64,000 nt of DNA from Synergistaceae bacterium (lineage in GTDB: Bacteria; Synergistota; Synergistia; Synergistales; 79-D21): NCBI GenBank assembly GCA_029267465.1, contig JAJUIT010000001.1:2589-66588 (forward strand). Direction: 5' to 3'. The notes under the pieces were generated by a model. That model searched no databases. It was not told the DNA's origin and saw nothing but the letters and a program-made list of their open reading frames with translations. The translations under genes were made by a program, and so were the position numbers. Shown piece by piece: positions 8,363 through 17,428 of the stretch. Within the stretch, counting starts at the first letter, position 1. The number at the start of each line of letters is the position of its first letter.

Positions 8363-9331
8363 ATGCGGACGAGGAACGCTTTAGAAAAAAGGAATCCCGA
8401 AGCCTTTGCCCTTTCAATTGAAAGGCTTTTCGGTACCGGCCTGGCTGCTCATGGGGTACGCCCCTACCTGGTCCGTCATCGCCTTCCTTCCCCTGAATCC
8501 GTCCACATCGAAATCGTGCTTCATTCTGCCTTCGATCTTCCCCTTGTGGAACGCTTCATCGAAGAGCAGTTTGTCCGGGTAACGGGGAACTCGGACGAAG
8601 GGAGGCCTTCTGCCTTCCGCGATCTTTCTCCGATCGAGTCCACTCTCAGGCTGGACCCGGTCAGGCAGAATCTCCCCGAATGGAGGGATTTTGCAGAAAC
8701 CCCTTTTCTGGTCACGATCAACACGCTCTTCGGAGAGGCCTTCAGGGCCGCCCTTTCATACCTGTCCCGCATCGAACGAAAGGAGGGCCTCCATCAGTCC
8801 AGGGAAACGCTGCTGGAGCTATATGACCTGGCGAAGCAGCTGGACAGCAGCTTCGCCCAGCTTTTCAGCTCCTTCGAGAAAACGGAACAGGAACTCGTTC
8901 TTCCTGAATCGTTCCAAGTCTGCGGCTTTCAGGAACAAGCCTCCCCGGAGGAGCAGCCTCTTCCGCGCCCGGAAGAGGGCCTTTTGCCCGAAGCGACAGC
9001 CGCCTTCCTCTCCGGCCGGAACACGACGCTGGAACGACTTGTATTGATCGCCGAAGAAAACGGGCTCCCGCTTTCAGGGCCCTTACCGCCCTTTAACGAC
9101 GTGCGTGCCATCAAGGAGGCGGAAGGATTTCAGCAGCTGGTGGCGGAACTCGGGAAGCAAAAGCTGGAAACCTCGGAAAAGATCGAGGAGTTCTTCCTGA
9201 GAAAACTGTCCGACTGGGAGGATCTTTATGCTTTGTTCGAGCTGGCCCGCTTGAGGGGTCTGCTCAGCCAGAAGCCCATTTCCATCCTGACGCTCGTTTC
9301 CTATCTGGTTCAATCTGTCACCGACATCTAG
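8363..9331 (+). CDS. Hypothetical protein (322 aa), cotranscribed with cheB
   Basis: Long ORF with RBS GGAGGGA and typical codon bias. It ends 17 nt before cheB. No motif recognised. Predicted mostly helical, with an acidic/proline linker (QEQASPEEQPLPRPEEGLLPE). Confidence 0.5.
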   Translation: MRTRNALEKRNPEAFALSIERLFGTGLAAHGVRPYLVRHRLPSPESVHIEIVLHSAFDLPLVERFIEEQFVRVTGNSDEGRPSAFRDLSPIESTLRLDPVRQNLPEWRDFAETPFLVTINTLFGEAFRAALSYLSRIERKEGLHQSRETLLELYDLAKQLDSSFAQLFSSFEKTEQELVLPESFQVCGFQEQASPEEQPLPRPEEGLLPEATAAFLSGRNTTLERLVLIAEENGLPLSGPLPPFNDVRAIKEAEGFQQLVAELGKQKLETSEKIEEFFLRKLSDWEDLYALFELARLRGLLSQKPISILTLVSYLVQSVTDI

Positions 9332-9348
9332 AAGCGAGGGAACGGTTT

Positions 9349-10431
9349 ATGGAAGACCCCCAAGCGATCCGGGTTCTGGTCACCGACGACTCCGCTTTCA
9401 CGAGGGCTCTGATCTCGGATTGCCTCTCGGGCTGTCCCGATATCGAAATCGCTGGAGTCGCCCGCAACGGCGAAGAGGCCCTCCTGAAAGTCCGAAGGCT
9501 TTTGCCGGATGTCGTCACACTGGATGTGGAGATGCCCCTGCTCAACGGAATCGAGACCCTGGATCGGCTGATGAAGGAAACCCCCCTTCCGGTCATCATG
9601 CTGAGCAGTCTCACGACAAGGGGAGCCGAGACAACGATTCGGTGCCTCGAGATCGGGGCCTTCGATTTCATCGAGAAACCCGCCAAATCGAACGGCAATG
9701 ACCTGGAGACGTTTCGCAGGTGCCTGATCGAAAAGGTCCGCTCGGCAGGACGTTCGAGGCTATTGAGGCGGATGCAGGCAAAGAGCCGTCCGGTGCAGGA
9801 AACACGGCAGAAAGCCGAGGAAAGTTTCGTCCCGAGCCGGATTCGTCCTGACATCGTGCTGGTCGCCGCTTCCACCGGAGGGCCACGCGCCCTCTCCCGG
9901 GTCCTGGCGGACCTGCCGAAAGATTTTCCCTGTCCCATCCTGATCGTGCAGCACATGCCGAAAGGTTTCACCGGCCCGTTTGCCGGACGTCTCGACCAGG
10001 TCAGCCCGTTGCGGGTTCTGGAGGCTTACGAGGGGTTTCAGCCTGCTCCGGGAACCGCGGCCCTCGCTCCGGGAGATTCCCACCTCCTCCTGAAAGGGAC
10101 GAAGGAAAAGCTGGTCTGCTGTCTTTCCGAGACTGCCCCGGTCAACTCGGTCCGTCCTTCGGCCGATGTCCTCTTTCAAAGCGCGGCCAGAATCGATGGA
10201 CTCTACCCGGCCGCCGTCATCCTGACCGGGATGGGGCGCGATGGAACCGAGGGGGCCAGGGTCCTGAAAAAGCTGAACGGAGTCATCTTCGCAGAAGCGG
10301 AGGAAAGTGCGACCGTTTACGGAATGCCCCGTTGCGCCAGGGAAGCGGGGGTGGTGGACCGGATGATTCCGCTGGAACAGATTGCCGCTGAGCTGATTCG
10401 ACTTGCCGGGGCAGAGAAGCCTCTTGCCTGA
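9349..10431 (+). CDS. cheB: Chemotaxis response regulator protein-glutamate methylesterase CheB
   Basis: Receiver domain (IRVLVTDDSAFTRALI...DVVTLDVEMPLLNG) followed by a methylesterase domain (VLVAASTGGPRAL...ILIVQHMP...VILTGMGRDG). Confidence 0.95.
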   Translation: MEDPQAIRVLVTDDSAFTRALISDCLSGCPDIEIAGVARNGEEALLKVRRLLPDVVTLDVEMPLLNGIETLDRLMKETPLPVIMLSSLTTRGAETTIRCLEIGAFDFIEKPAKSNGNDLETFRRCLIEKVRSAGRSRLLRRMQAKSRPVQETRQKAEESFVPSRIRPDIVLVAASTGGPRALSRVLADLPKDFPCPILIVQHMPKGFTGPFAGRLDQVSPLRVLEAYEGFQPAPGTAALAPGDSHLLLKGTKEKLVCCLSETAPVNSVRPSADVLFQSAARIDGLYPAAVILTGMGRDGTEGARVLKKLNGVIFAEAEESATVYGMPRCAREAGVVDRMIPLEQIAAELIRLAGAEKPLA

Positions 10432-10443
10432 GGAGGATCATCG

Positions 10444-11055
10444 TTGAATCCACTCCAGATGGACGCACTCAAGGAGATCGCGAATATCGGGGCCGGGCAT
10501 GCCGCAACGGCTCTTTCTCAGCTTATGGGGAAGCGCGTGGACATGTGTGTCCCCCAGGTCGACCTGATCCCCCTGGAAGCCGTTGCCGGGTACTTCGGAG
10601 AACCGGAAACCGAAGTCTGGGCGATCTTCACCCGGTGTGAATCCTCGTTCCCGGTCAGCCTGGTGTTTATCATGAACAAAAGCGACGGCGACCTGCTCGC
10701 GGAGAAACTCTTCCAGGCCGCCCGGATCCAGGACAAGGTCCGATTATTACCGGGAATGAAAGAATCCGCCCTGTCCGAATCGGGAAACATGATTATGGGA
10801 GCCTTCGTTTCCGCTGTCGGGGACCTTCTTCGGGAAAACCTTCCCCTTTCGGTTCCTTCGATCTCCCTCGACCTGATGGGAGCTGTCATGGACATCCTCC
10901 TTGAGATTTTCGGGGGCTTTGGCGACACCGCACTGGCAACGGAGACCGAACTCTCCTTTCCCGGAGAAAGCCGACGGAATTTCAATGCCCGAATCCTGCT
11001 TATCCCTGACCCCGGCTCTCTGGAGATCCTTTTCAGACAGCTGGGTGTGGAGTAA
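10444..11055 (+). CDS. cheC: CheY-P phosphatase CheC
   Basis: TTG start 7 nt after GAGGAGG. CheC signature: DALKEIANIGAGHAATALSQLMGKRVDM, with a second repeat ESALSESGNMIMGAFVSAVG. Confidence 0.85.
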   Translation: MNPLQMDALKEIANIGAGHAATALSQLMGKRVDMCVPQVDLIPLEAVAGYFGEPETEVWAIFTRCESSFPVSLVFIMNKSDGDLLAEKLFQAARIQDKVRLLPGMKESALSESGNMIMGAFVSAVGDLLRENLPLSVPSISLDLMGAVMDILLEIFGGFGDTALATETELSFPGESRRNFNARILLIPDPGSLEILFRQLGVE

Positions 11056-11061
11056 CCGAAC

Positions 11062-11574
11062 ATGAGCGTGCATCCGACAACCGCCGAGATCCAGACCCTG
11101 ACCGTCGGCATGGGGGAAATCTGCGTTGCCAGGAAGCCCGACCTGCTCTCCTGCGTCGGGCTGGGCTCATGCATCGGACTGGTTCTCTACGATCCGATCC
11201 GGGGATGGGCAGGGATGGCCCACATCATGCTTCCCTCTTCCTCCTCGAGGGGCTCCCAGGGAAAAGAGAAGCCGGGGAAATTCGCCGACACGGCCGTTTT
11301 TGGGCTGATCGCAGAGCTTGAATCGAGAGGGGCCCTAAGGTCGTTTCTGAGAGCCAAAATGGCCGGAGGCGCCAGGATGTTCTCGTTCTCGCCCACATCA
11401 AGCGGAGCCATCGGCGAGCAGAACGTGGCGGCGACCCGGGAGGCCCTCCGCATCGCCGGGATTCGCCTGGAAGGGGAAGAAACGGGGGGAACGAAGGGCC
11501 GGAGCATCATTTTCTCCCCTGAAACCTTCCTGATGGAGATCCGGTGCGTCGGCCAGGAAAGCCGACTCATCTGA
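11062..11574 (+). CDS. cheD: Chemoreceptor glutamine deamidase CheD
   Basis: CheD motif: LSCVGLGSCIGLVLYDP...GMAHIMLP. It lies immediately downstream of cheC. Confidence 0.9.
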   Translation: MSVHPTTAEIQTLTVGMGEICVARKPDLLSCVGLGSCIGLVLYDPIRGWAGMAHIMLPSSSSRGSQGKEKPGKFADTAVFGLIAELESRGALRSFLRAKMAGGARMFSFSPTSSGAIGEQNVAATREALRIAGIRLEGEETGGTKGRSIIFSPETFLMEIRCVGQESRLI

Positions 11575-11579
11575 AATGA

Positions 11580-12038
11580 TCAGGCCTGAGTATCCAGCCC
11601 CGCGCCTTCGGCTGCCACTCCGCTTCCTCCCGAGAGCCTCAGCCGATCCAGAAGGATTTCACCCAAGAATCGATGTTCGGCGGCCTGGCGGTTCAGAATA
11701 AAGCTGCATTCCTTGATGGCCAGAACCACTTCCAGGAGGTTCCCCGCAGAGGCTTTGAGCCGTGCGCATTCCTGCTTCGGAAGCCGGGAACAGAACTCCC
11801 GCACCGAGGGAGAGCAGCCCATCGCGGAGGCCAGCGCGGAAGCTGCGCCGCTCCTTTCGAAATCGGCCCTCATCGCCTGGGCAGAGGCTTCCTGGAGGCG
11901 GACGAGAAGGCCGGGAAGCCCTTCCGGTGCAGCTTTCTTGAGGGCTTCGCGTTCCTCTTCCAGGATCTTCAGGATTTCGGAAAGCGACTCTCGCTGGCGG
12001 TCCTGCTTCTCGATCAAATCTTCCAGCAATTCCTTCAT
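11580..12038 (-). CDS. FlgN-like flagellar export chaperone (tentative)
   Basis: 152 aa helical protein (MKELLEDLIEKQDRQRESLSEILKILEEEREALKK...) translationally coupled by an ATGA overlap to the rod-binding protein downstream of flgI. The call rests on context and composition only. Confidence 0.45.
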   Translation of the reverse strand: MKELLEDLIEKQDRQRESLSEILKILEEEREALKKAAPEGLPGLLVRLQEASAQAMRADFERSGAASALASAMGCSPSVREFCSRLPKQECARLKASAGNLLEVVLAIKECSFILNRQAAEHRFLGEILLDRLRLSGGSGVAAEGAGLDTQA

Positions 12039-12355
12039 TCCCGATTTCCCACTCCCTTCCTGCCCTCCGAAAGGTTTTCATAAAGGACTTTCCAGAGGCC
12101 GAGCCCCTCGCCACTGCCGGAGATGGACTCCGCTGCCATCTCCAGGGAGGTCTCTTCCAGCGCACCAAACGGTTGCTTGTCCTCCGCAAGTGTTCCCTGC
12201 CGGGATTGCTTCAGCAACGCGGCCAAAAAGATCCCCTCAAACTGTCGGCATGCTTTTTCAAGCGGATCGATCCCTTTCTTCGGTTCAAGATCGGGGCCTG
12301 TTCGGGTCCTGTCAGGAGTTCCGGAGAGAGCCCCCGTTTTTTCGATCACAAACAC
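12035..12355 (-). CDS. Rod-binding protein (FlgJ N-terminal-domain-like, no hydrolase domain)
   Basis: Motif ACRQFEGIFLAALLKQ matches the Rod-binding/FlgJ N-terminal domain. It follows flgI by 6 nt. The start is GTG 12355 or, more likely, GTG 12349, 6 nt after GAGGAGGG. Confidence 0.7.
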   Translation of the reverse strand: MFVIEKTGALSGTPDRTRTGPDLEPKKGIDPLEKACRQFEGIFLAALLKQSRQGTLAEDKQPFGALEETSLEMAAESISGSGEGLGLWKVLYENLSEGRKGVGNRE

Positions 12356-12361
12356 CCCTCC

Positions 12362-13471
12362 TCACTGGAGTATCAGTTCGCCCTGAAGAGCTCCGGCCTG
12401 GTCGATGGCCTGAAGGATCGAGATAATGTCCCTGGGGGTGGCTCCCAAGCGGTTCAGGCTTTGAACCACGTCATCCACCGTCGCGGAAGACTCGATCTTC
12501 GTGATCCGGCTGGCTTCCTCCTGGGCTGAGATTTCTGCCGTCTGAACGGGAACGGTTTTCCCGCCGGAAAAGGGGAGCGGCTGGCTCACCGACTTCGAGC
12601 CTTTCACGGAAACGGTCAGGTTCCCGTGGGCAACCGCAACTTCCAGGATTCGGACCTGCCCCCCGATGGCCACGGTGCCCGTGCGTTCGTTGACCACCAC
12701 CCGGGCTGCCGTATCCGGCCTGACCGGAAGCCCTTCCATGGAAGCCACGAAGGCCGACAGGTCTCCGGAAAAACGCTCCGGGACGGAAATCTCCACACAC
12801 CCGGCATCTTTCACGCTCGCCACATTTCCGAAAGTCCGGTTGAGAACCTCGGAAACCCTGGAAGCCGTGGTGAAGTCCGGGTTTTTCAGGAAAAAGCGGA
12901 TTTTCCCTCCATTTCTCACCTCAAAGGAAGTTTCCCGCTCCACCAGGGCCCCGCCGGGAATCCGGCCCGTCGTTGAAATGTTCTTCGCAACTCCCGAACC
13001 GCCCTTTTCTGCCGAAAAGCCGCCCAGGGAAACCGGCCCCTGCGCCACAGCATACACGTTCCCGTTTGCCGCCTTCAGCGGCGTTTGAAGAAGCACGCCC
13101 CCCTGAAGGCTTTTCGCATCCCCCAGGGCACTCAGGGTTACATCGATCCTTTCTCCGTCCCTGACGAACGGCGGCATCTCGCACGTGACCGAAACGACGG
13201 CGACGTTCTTGCTCTTCAGGTCCTTTCGATCGATGGCAACCCCGAAATTCCGGGCGAAATTCCCCAGCATGGCCGAAACGAGCTCCCCCTTGTCGCCTGT
13301 TCCCTGCAACCCCACGACAAGCCCCATTCCCACAAGCTGGTTCGGCCTGGCCCCTTCGATCCGGCCGATATCCTTCAACCGGACTTCGCAGGAAGCGCAC
13401 CCGGCAGAAAGGAGGAAAAACCCGATCAGCGAGAAGAGAAGGAGGCCCCCTTTATTGGCCCAGCGTCGCAT
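12362..13471 (-). CDS. flgI: Flagellar P-ring protein FlgI
   Basis: Signal peptide, then IGRIEGARPNQLVGMGLVVGLQGTGD... and the C-terminal ATPRDIISILQAIDQAGALQGELI. Confidence 0.95.
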   Translation of the reverse strand: MRRWANKGGLLLFSLIGFFLLSAGCASCEVRLKDIGRIEGARPNQLVGMGLVVGLQGTGDKGELVSAMLGNFARNFGVAIDRKDLKSKNVAVVSVTCEMPPFVRDGERIDVTLSALGDAKSLQGGVLLQTPLKAANGNVYAVAQGPVSLGGFSAEKGGSGVAKNISTTGRIPGGALVERETSFEVRNGGKIRFFLKNPDFTTASRVSEVLNRTFGNVASVKDAGCVEISVPERFSGDLSAFVASMEGLPVRPDTAARVVVNERTGTVAIGGQVRILEVAVAHGNLTVSVKGSKSVSQPLPFSGGKTVPVQTAEISAQEEASRITKIESSATVDDVVQSLNRLGATPRDIISILQAIDQAGALQGELILQ

Positions 13472-13484
13472 CGGGATTCCCCCC

Positions 13485-14066
13485 TCAGAAGACCAGGTTG
13501 AAAAGGCGGGAAAGAAGCCCCGGGTTCTGGGTGTCGCTCAACGTCCCCACCCCTTTGGCGGTGATCGTGACCTCGGCCAGCTTCCCGCTCAGAATCGTGT
13601 TGTCGGGTCCTACATCCTCAGGCCTCATCACCGCCTTGATTTTGAGCGAGACCTTCTCCTTCTGGTTCTGGATCTCCTTGACTCCCTCAATCCTGAGATT
13701 CCCAGAGGGAAGGACCTCGGTTACAAGACAGGAAAGCGTGCTGTTCAGGTTGCTTGTCCTTTGCAGGGATCCATCGCCCTTTGACGAACTCTGGGTAGAA
13801 AAGCCCAGCTTCTTCAGGAAATCAAGCAAACCGATCCCGTCTTTGGCGGAACTGGCATTCTGTTTCGAGAGGCCTGACTTTGCCTCATCCTTCAGGTCCG
13901 TCTTCTCAGAGATCAGGACTGTAACCAGGTCGCCCACCCTTGAAGGGCGGCGATCCTCGAAAAGAGAAGGGCCGTCGACCCAGAGGGATTCGGCGCTGCA
14001 TCCTCCCGCAAAAAGGAAAAGGAACATCCCGAGCAGGATTCCCCTGAAAGCGCTGCGTATCGGCAT
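13485..14066 (-). CDS. flgH: Flagellar L-ring lipoprotein FlgH
   Basis: Lipobox LFAGGC, then DRRPSRVGDLVTVLISEKT...GNLRIEGVKEI...ITAKGVG. Confidence 0.9.
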   Translation of the reverse strand: MPIRSAFRGILLGMFLFLFAGGCSAESLWVDGPSLFEDRRPSRVGDLVTVLISEKTDLKDEAKSGLSKQNASSAKDGIGLLDFLKKLGFSTQSSSKGDGSLQRTSNLNSTLSCLVTEVLPSGNLRIEGVKEIQNQKEKVSLKIKAVMRPEDVGPDNTILSGKLAEVTITAKGVGTLSDTQNPGLLSRLFNLVF

Positions 14067-14091
14067 TTCGTTTCCGCCCCCTCGAAAGGCA

Positions 14092-14799
14092 TCATTCCAG
14101 CACCAGGACCAGGTTCGGACCCACGACCACGCCCCTTGAATCCCGCCGGTAACGGGGAATCCGCACGCGGATCACATCCCCTTCGCTGCCCGATTCCAGA
14201 GCCACCCCGTCGATTTTTGCCTCCACGGAACCGGAACGGGCAATCAGCATCAGGCTGTCCCCCCGTTCAACGAGGGTTCGATCTCCCACATCCCGCTGGG
14301 TGATCACTTCTCCGGCCTTGATCGTCCTTTTTGCAACCTTCCCGCAAAAAAAATTTCTTTCCCGCGGGTTCTCTCCGAAAGAAAGACGATACGGAAGAAT
14401 CTCCACTCCCAGATCTTCCAGACGAATCGTCTCCTTCCTCCGGATGTCGGATCTCGCCACGACCACTGGGAGGAACCATTTCAGCCGGAACAGACGATAA
14501 ACCATCCCTGCTGGGGTCCGGATCCCCAAAGTGACCGAATCGATTCCGGGCAGCAGGCGCTCCGGCGTTACGATCACCCCGGAAATCCCGAAGGAGGGCG
14601 GGATCATCTCGATCCGTTTCCAGGCAACGGCATTCTGGCTTCCCCGTGCCGCCGCCTTGAGGAAGACTTCCGGTCCGCTTGAAGCCCCCACCGTCATTCC
14701 TCCGATGGGGACGCCGGTAAAGGCCAAAGCAGGATGAGACCACCCAGCCAGGCCAACGAAAAAAAGGATCACCAGGATGCAAGGAACTCTTCTTCTCAT
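14092..14799 (-). CDS. flgA: Flagellar P-ring assembly chaperone FlgA
   Basis: Internal ATG 14799 (MRRRVPCILVILFFVGLAGW, a signal peptide) is preceded by AAGGGGGAAG. SAF-like C-terminus: KAGEVITQRDV...GDSLMLIARSGSVEAKIDGVALESGSEGDVIRVR. The ORF-track extension to 15027 would overlap flgK and has junk-like sequence. Confidence 0.8.
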   Translation of the reverse strand: MRRRVPCILVILFFVGLAGWSHPALAFTGVPIGGMTVGASSGPEVFLKAAARGSQNAVAWKRIEMIPPSFGISGVIVTPERLLPGIDSVTLGIRTPAGMVYRLFRLKWFLPVVVARSDIRRKETIRLEDLGVEILPYRLSFGENPRERNFFCGKVAKRTIKAGEVITQRDVGDRTLVERGDSLMLIARSGSVEAKIDGVALESGSEGDVIRVRIPRYRRDSRGVVVGPNLVLVLE

Positions 14800-14863
14800 G
14801 AGCTTCCCCCTTTTTCCTTTTCGGCTTTTTGGGAATTCCGGAAAAGGGCGTGCTTCAAAAAAA

Positions 14864-14894
14864 CTCAAAAGAGCCCGCGGGCAACAACCGATAA
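14864..14894 (+). promoter_or_regulatory. Candidate sigma-28 (FliA) type promoter upstream of flgK
   Basis: ACCGATAA at 14887..14894 matches the sigma-28 -10 consensus GCCGATAA at 7 of 8 positions. An A-rich CTCAAAAG lies 15-17 nt upstream where TAAA is expected. It is 42 nt upstream of the flgK ATG. Confidence 0.3.
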
Positions 14895-14935
14895 GAAAAG
14901 AAGGAACGTCGGGTCCGGAAGGATGGGATTGAAAA

Positions 14936-17377
14936 ATGTCCAGCACTTTTTCTGGGTTGGAAATTGGGCGCCTGGCCCTCAACACGTTCCGGCAGGGGAT
15001 CCTCACCGCCGGGCACAATATCAGCAACGCCGATGTGGAAGGGTTCTCGAGACAGCGGGTGGAAACCTCCGCGGGAACCCCCTATGCTCCCCTCGGGCTC
15101 AATAGCCCTGCCGGTCCCGGACAGGTTGGGACGGGCGTGAAAATTGACGCCATCCTGCGCCTGCGCGATGCGTTCCTGGACGGACAGTACCGCCAGGAAG
15201 CTACACGGGCAGGGTATTGGGAAACCTTGGAAAGCACCTTCTCCAACCTGGAGCTCTTCATCGGGGAGCCTTCCGAAAACGGTCTTTCCGCTTCCATCGA
15301 AAAGATCCAACAATCGCTGCAGGAATTTCAGAAAAGGCCCGATTCAAGCAGCGCCAGGCAATCCTTTGTCCAGGAACTCGACAATTTCTGCAGCCTTCTT
15401 GGCAGCCTGGAGGAAAACATGCAGGACCTCAGGGCTTCCCTGAACATGCAGATCCAGTCCAAAACACAGGAAGCAAACGACCTGATCGACAACCTCGCCA
15501 CCCTGAACCGCCAGATCATGAGCCTGAAAGCGCTAGGGCAAAACCCGAACGACCTGATGGACCGCAGGGATCTCCTCGTGGAAAAGCTCTCCGGGTTGAT
15601 CGACATCGATGCCTTCAGCACCCCGGACGGAGCCATGAACATCAGTCTGGGCGGGAACCTGCTTGTCCAGGGAATCGATCCCCGGCACCTCTTTCTCGTC
15701 CCCCAGCCTGGGAATGGCGGGTACTTCGACGTTCAGATCGAAGACAACCTTTTCCCCTTCACTGAGGATCCTTCCGTCGCGCTGGCACAGATCTCCCTAA
15801 GCGCCCGCGAGGGCGTTCATTCATTGAGAGTGGATCGGCTGGCCAGCGAAACCCGCTGGGCCATCGGGGACGATAGCGGCAGCCTTTCCTGCCCCCTTCC
15901 CGATTCTCCGCTCAACATCCAGGGAGCCTTCTCCCTCAGCGTGGGAGTCAACGGCCTCTCGGCGGTTTCAAACCGGCTTGCCGGGGGCATCCTGCTCGGG
16001 GAACCGTCTTCAGGAGACCGTACCCGATATGCCTTCCGCCTCGCCTCGGGAACGGCCGAACAGGTTGTCGAGGTCTCCTGGAACCCCCCGGCCGACCCTT
16101 CCCAGCAGGGGCACTGGGAAGCGGGCGGAGTGGACCTTGGAAGCTCAGTCACGATTGATGGGCTTGCAGCCGTCCTGAACACCCCTTCCGGAGCCGCCCC
16201 GGTGACCGCGCAGGTGGACCTCGGCGGAGAGCGGCTGACCCTGTCGGGGAAAGGGAACTTTCTCGTTTCGGTTACCGACCTCGAAGGAAACCTGATGGAA
16301 AAGGCCGGCCTTGCAAGAGCGGAAACGGCCGTTTCCATCCAGGTGGAAGAGAACGACTCCCTTCGCACCCTCGCCAACAAGATCAACAGCTCTGGCCTGC
16401 CGCTTCACGCCTCGGTGGAAACCGCTTCCGGCGGCTCCTGCTTCCTGCGGATCGAAAGCAACGAGGTCGGTGAAGCCGCCCGGATCAATGTCGGAACCGT
16501 CGAGGGCAACAGCCTTTCGGTGGCCCGGATGCTCGGCCTGGTGAACGAAAACGGCAAAACTCGGATCCTGCAGCATGCCGAAGACGCCTTTTTCTCCCTG
16601 GACGGCCAATCTTTCCTTTCCTCCGTGAACCAGTTCAGCGAGGCCCGCCTGGTTTCAGCCAAGGACGGTTATCAGGCGAAAACCGACGTTCCCGTTTTGG
16701 ATGGACTGCGCCTGACTCTTACAGGAACGGGGGAAACCGATGTCATCATCCGCCACCCCGTTGGCGGCGGCCTGATCGGGGGGCTGCTGGAATCCCGCGA
16801 CGGCGTCGTCCCTTCCATGATCTCCTTTCTCGACAATTTCGCCTGGGTTCTCTCCGGGCAGTTCAACGCCGTTCATCAGGCCGGATACGGCACCGGGGAA
16901 TACGCACAGACGACGGGAACTCCCCTGTTCAATCCCCTCTCGAGGAAAGAAGGAGCCGCAGCCTCCCTGGCGGTCAACCCCCTGCTTTTGAAAAACGCGA
17001 ACCTCCTGGCCGGGGCAGCGGACAACGGAAGCGGGAAAAGCCTGGGAAGCGGAGATGGTTCCAATGCCCTCAACCTGATCCATCTTTTCTCAAAGGGCAT
17101 CTTCCCAGACGGTTCGACCCTCGAAGGGACCTATCTATCCTTCGTTGCCTCCCTGGGTTCGAAGAGCCGACAGGCTTCGGTCATGAACGAAAACCAGCAG
17201 ACGCTGCTCGAACAGATCGACAACCAGCGCTCCTCGGTCATGGGCGTGAATATCGATGAAGAGACCTCCGATCTCATCAAGTTCCAGCAATGCTACAGCG
17301 CGGTCGCCCGGTACATCACCGTCCTGGACCAGATGCTGGAAACCGTGATCAACGGGATGGGAATCGTCGGCAGATAG
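14936..17377 (+). CDS. flgK: Hook-associated protein 1 FlgK, enlarged (813 aa)
   Basis: N-terminus STFSGLEIGRLALNTFRQGILTAGHNISNADVEGFSRQRVE. C-terminus VMGVNIDEETSDLIKFQQCYSAVARYITVLDQMLETVINGM. The central region carries extra IN-like modules. Confidence 0.9.
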   Translation: MSSTFSGLEIGRLALNTFRQGILTAGHNISNADVEGFSRQRVETSAGTPYAPLGLNSPAGPGQVGTGVKIDAILRLRDAFLDGQYRQEATRAGYWETLESTFSNLELFIGEPSENGLSASIEKIQQSLQEFQKRPDSSSARQSFVQELDNFCSLLGSLEENMQDLRASLNMQIQSKTQEANDLIDNLATLNRQIMSLKALGQNPNDLMDRRDLLVEKLSGLIDIDAFSTPDGAMNISLGGNLLVQGIDPRHLFLVPQPGNGGYFDVQIEDNLFPFTEDPSVALAQISLSAREGVHSLRVDRLASETRWAIGDDSGSLSCPLPDSPLNIQGAFSLSVGVNGLSAVSNRLAGGILLGEPSSGDRTRYAFRLASGTAEQVVEVSWNPPADPSQQGHWEAGGVDLGSSVTIDGLAAVLNTPSGAAPVTAQVDLGGERLTLSGKGNFLVSVTDLEGNLMEKAGLARAETAVSIQVEENDSLRTLANKINSSGLPLHASVETASGGSCFLRIESNEVGEAARINVGTVEGNSLSVARMLGLVNENGKTRILQHAEDAFFSLDGQSFLSSVNQFSEARLVSAKDGYQAKTDVPVLDGLRLTLTGTGETDVIIRHPVGGGLIGGLLESRDGVVPSMISFLDNFAWVLSGQFNAVHQAGYGTGEYAQTTGTPLFNPLSRKEGAAASLAVNPLLLKNANLLAGAADNGSGKSLGSGDGSNALNLIHLFSKGIFPDGSTLEGTYLSFVASLGSKSRQASVMNENQQTLLEQIDNQRSSVMGVNIDEETSDLIKFQQCYSAVARYITVLDQMLETVINGMGIVGR

Positions 17378-17381
17378 GAAG

Positions 17382-17420
17382 GCCGCGGTCCCCGGCACCG
17401 GGTTTTCCGGGGACCGCGGC
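17382..17420. terminator. Bidirectional hairpin terminator between convergent flgK and fliS
   Basis: Perfect 14 bp inverted repeat GCCGCGGTCCCCGG (17382..17395) / CCGGGGACCGCGGC (17407..17420) with an 11 nt loop. It is placed 5 nt after the flgK stop and 9 nt after the fliS stop. There is no long flanking T-run. Confidence 0.55.
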
Positions 17421-17428
17421 ATAGGGGT

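Noticed and set aside
14800-15027. N-terminal extensions offered by the ORF track for flgA. The same issue applies to fliG (to 49744), csrA (to 56214), fliW (to 56711), flagellin (to 55613) and the yvyF-like gene (to 40693).
   Set aside because: Internal starts with good RBSs give canonical N-termini. The extensions overlap upstream genes or promoters and translate to junk.
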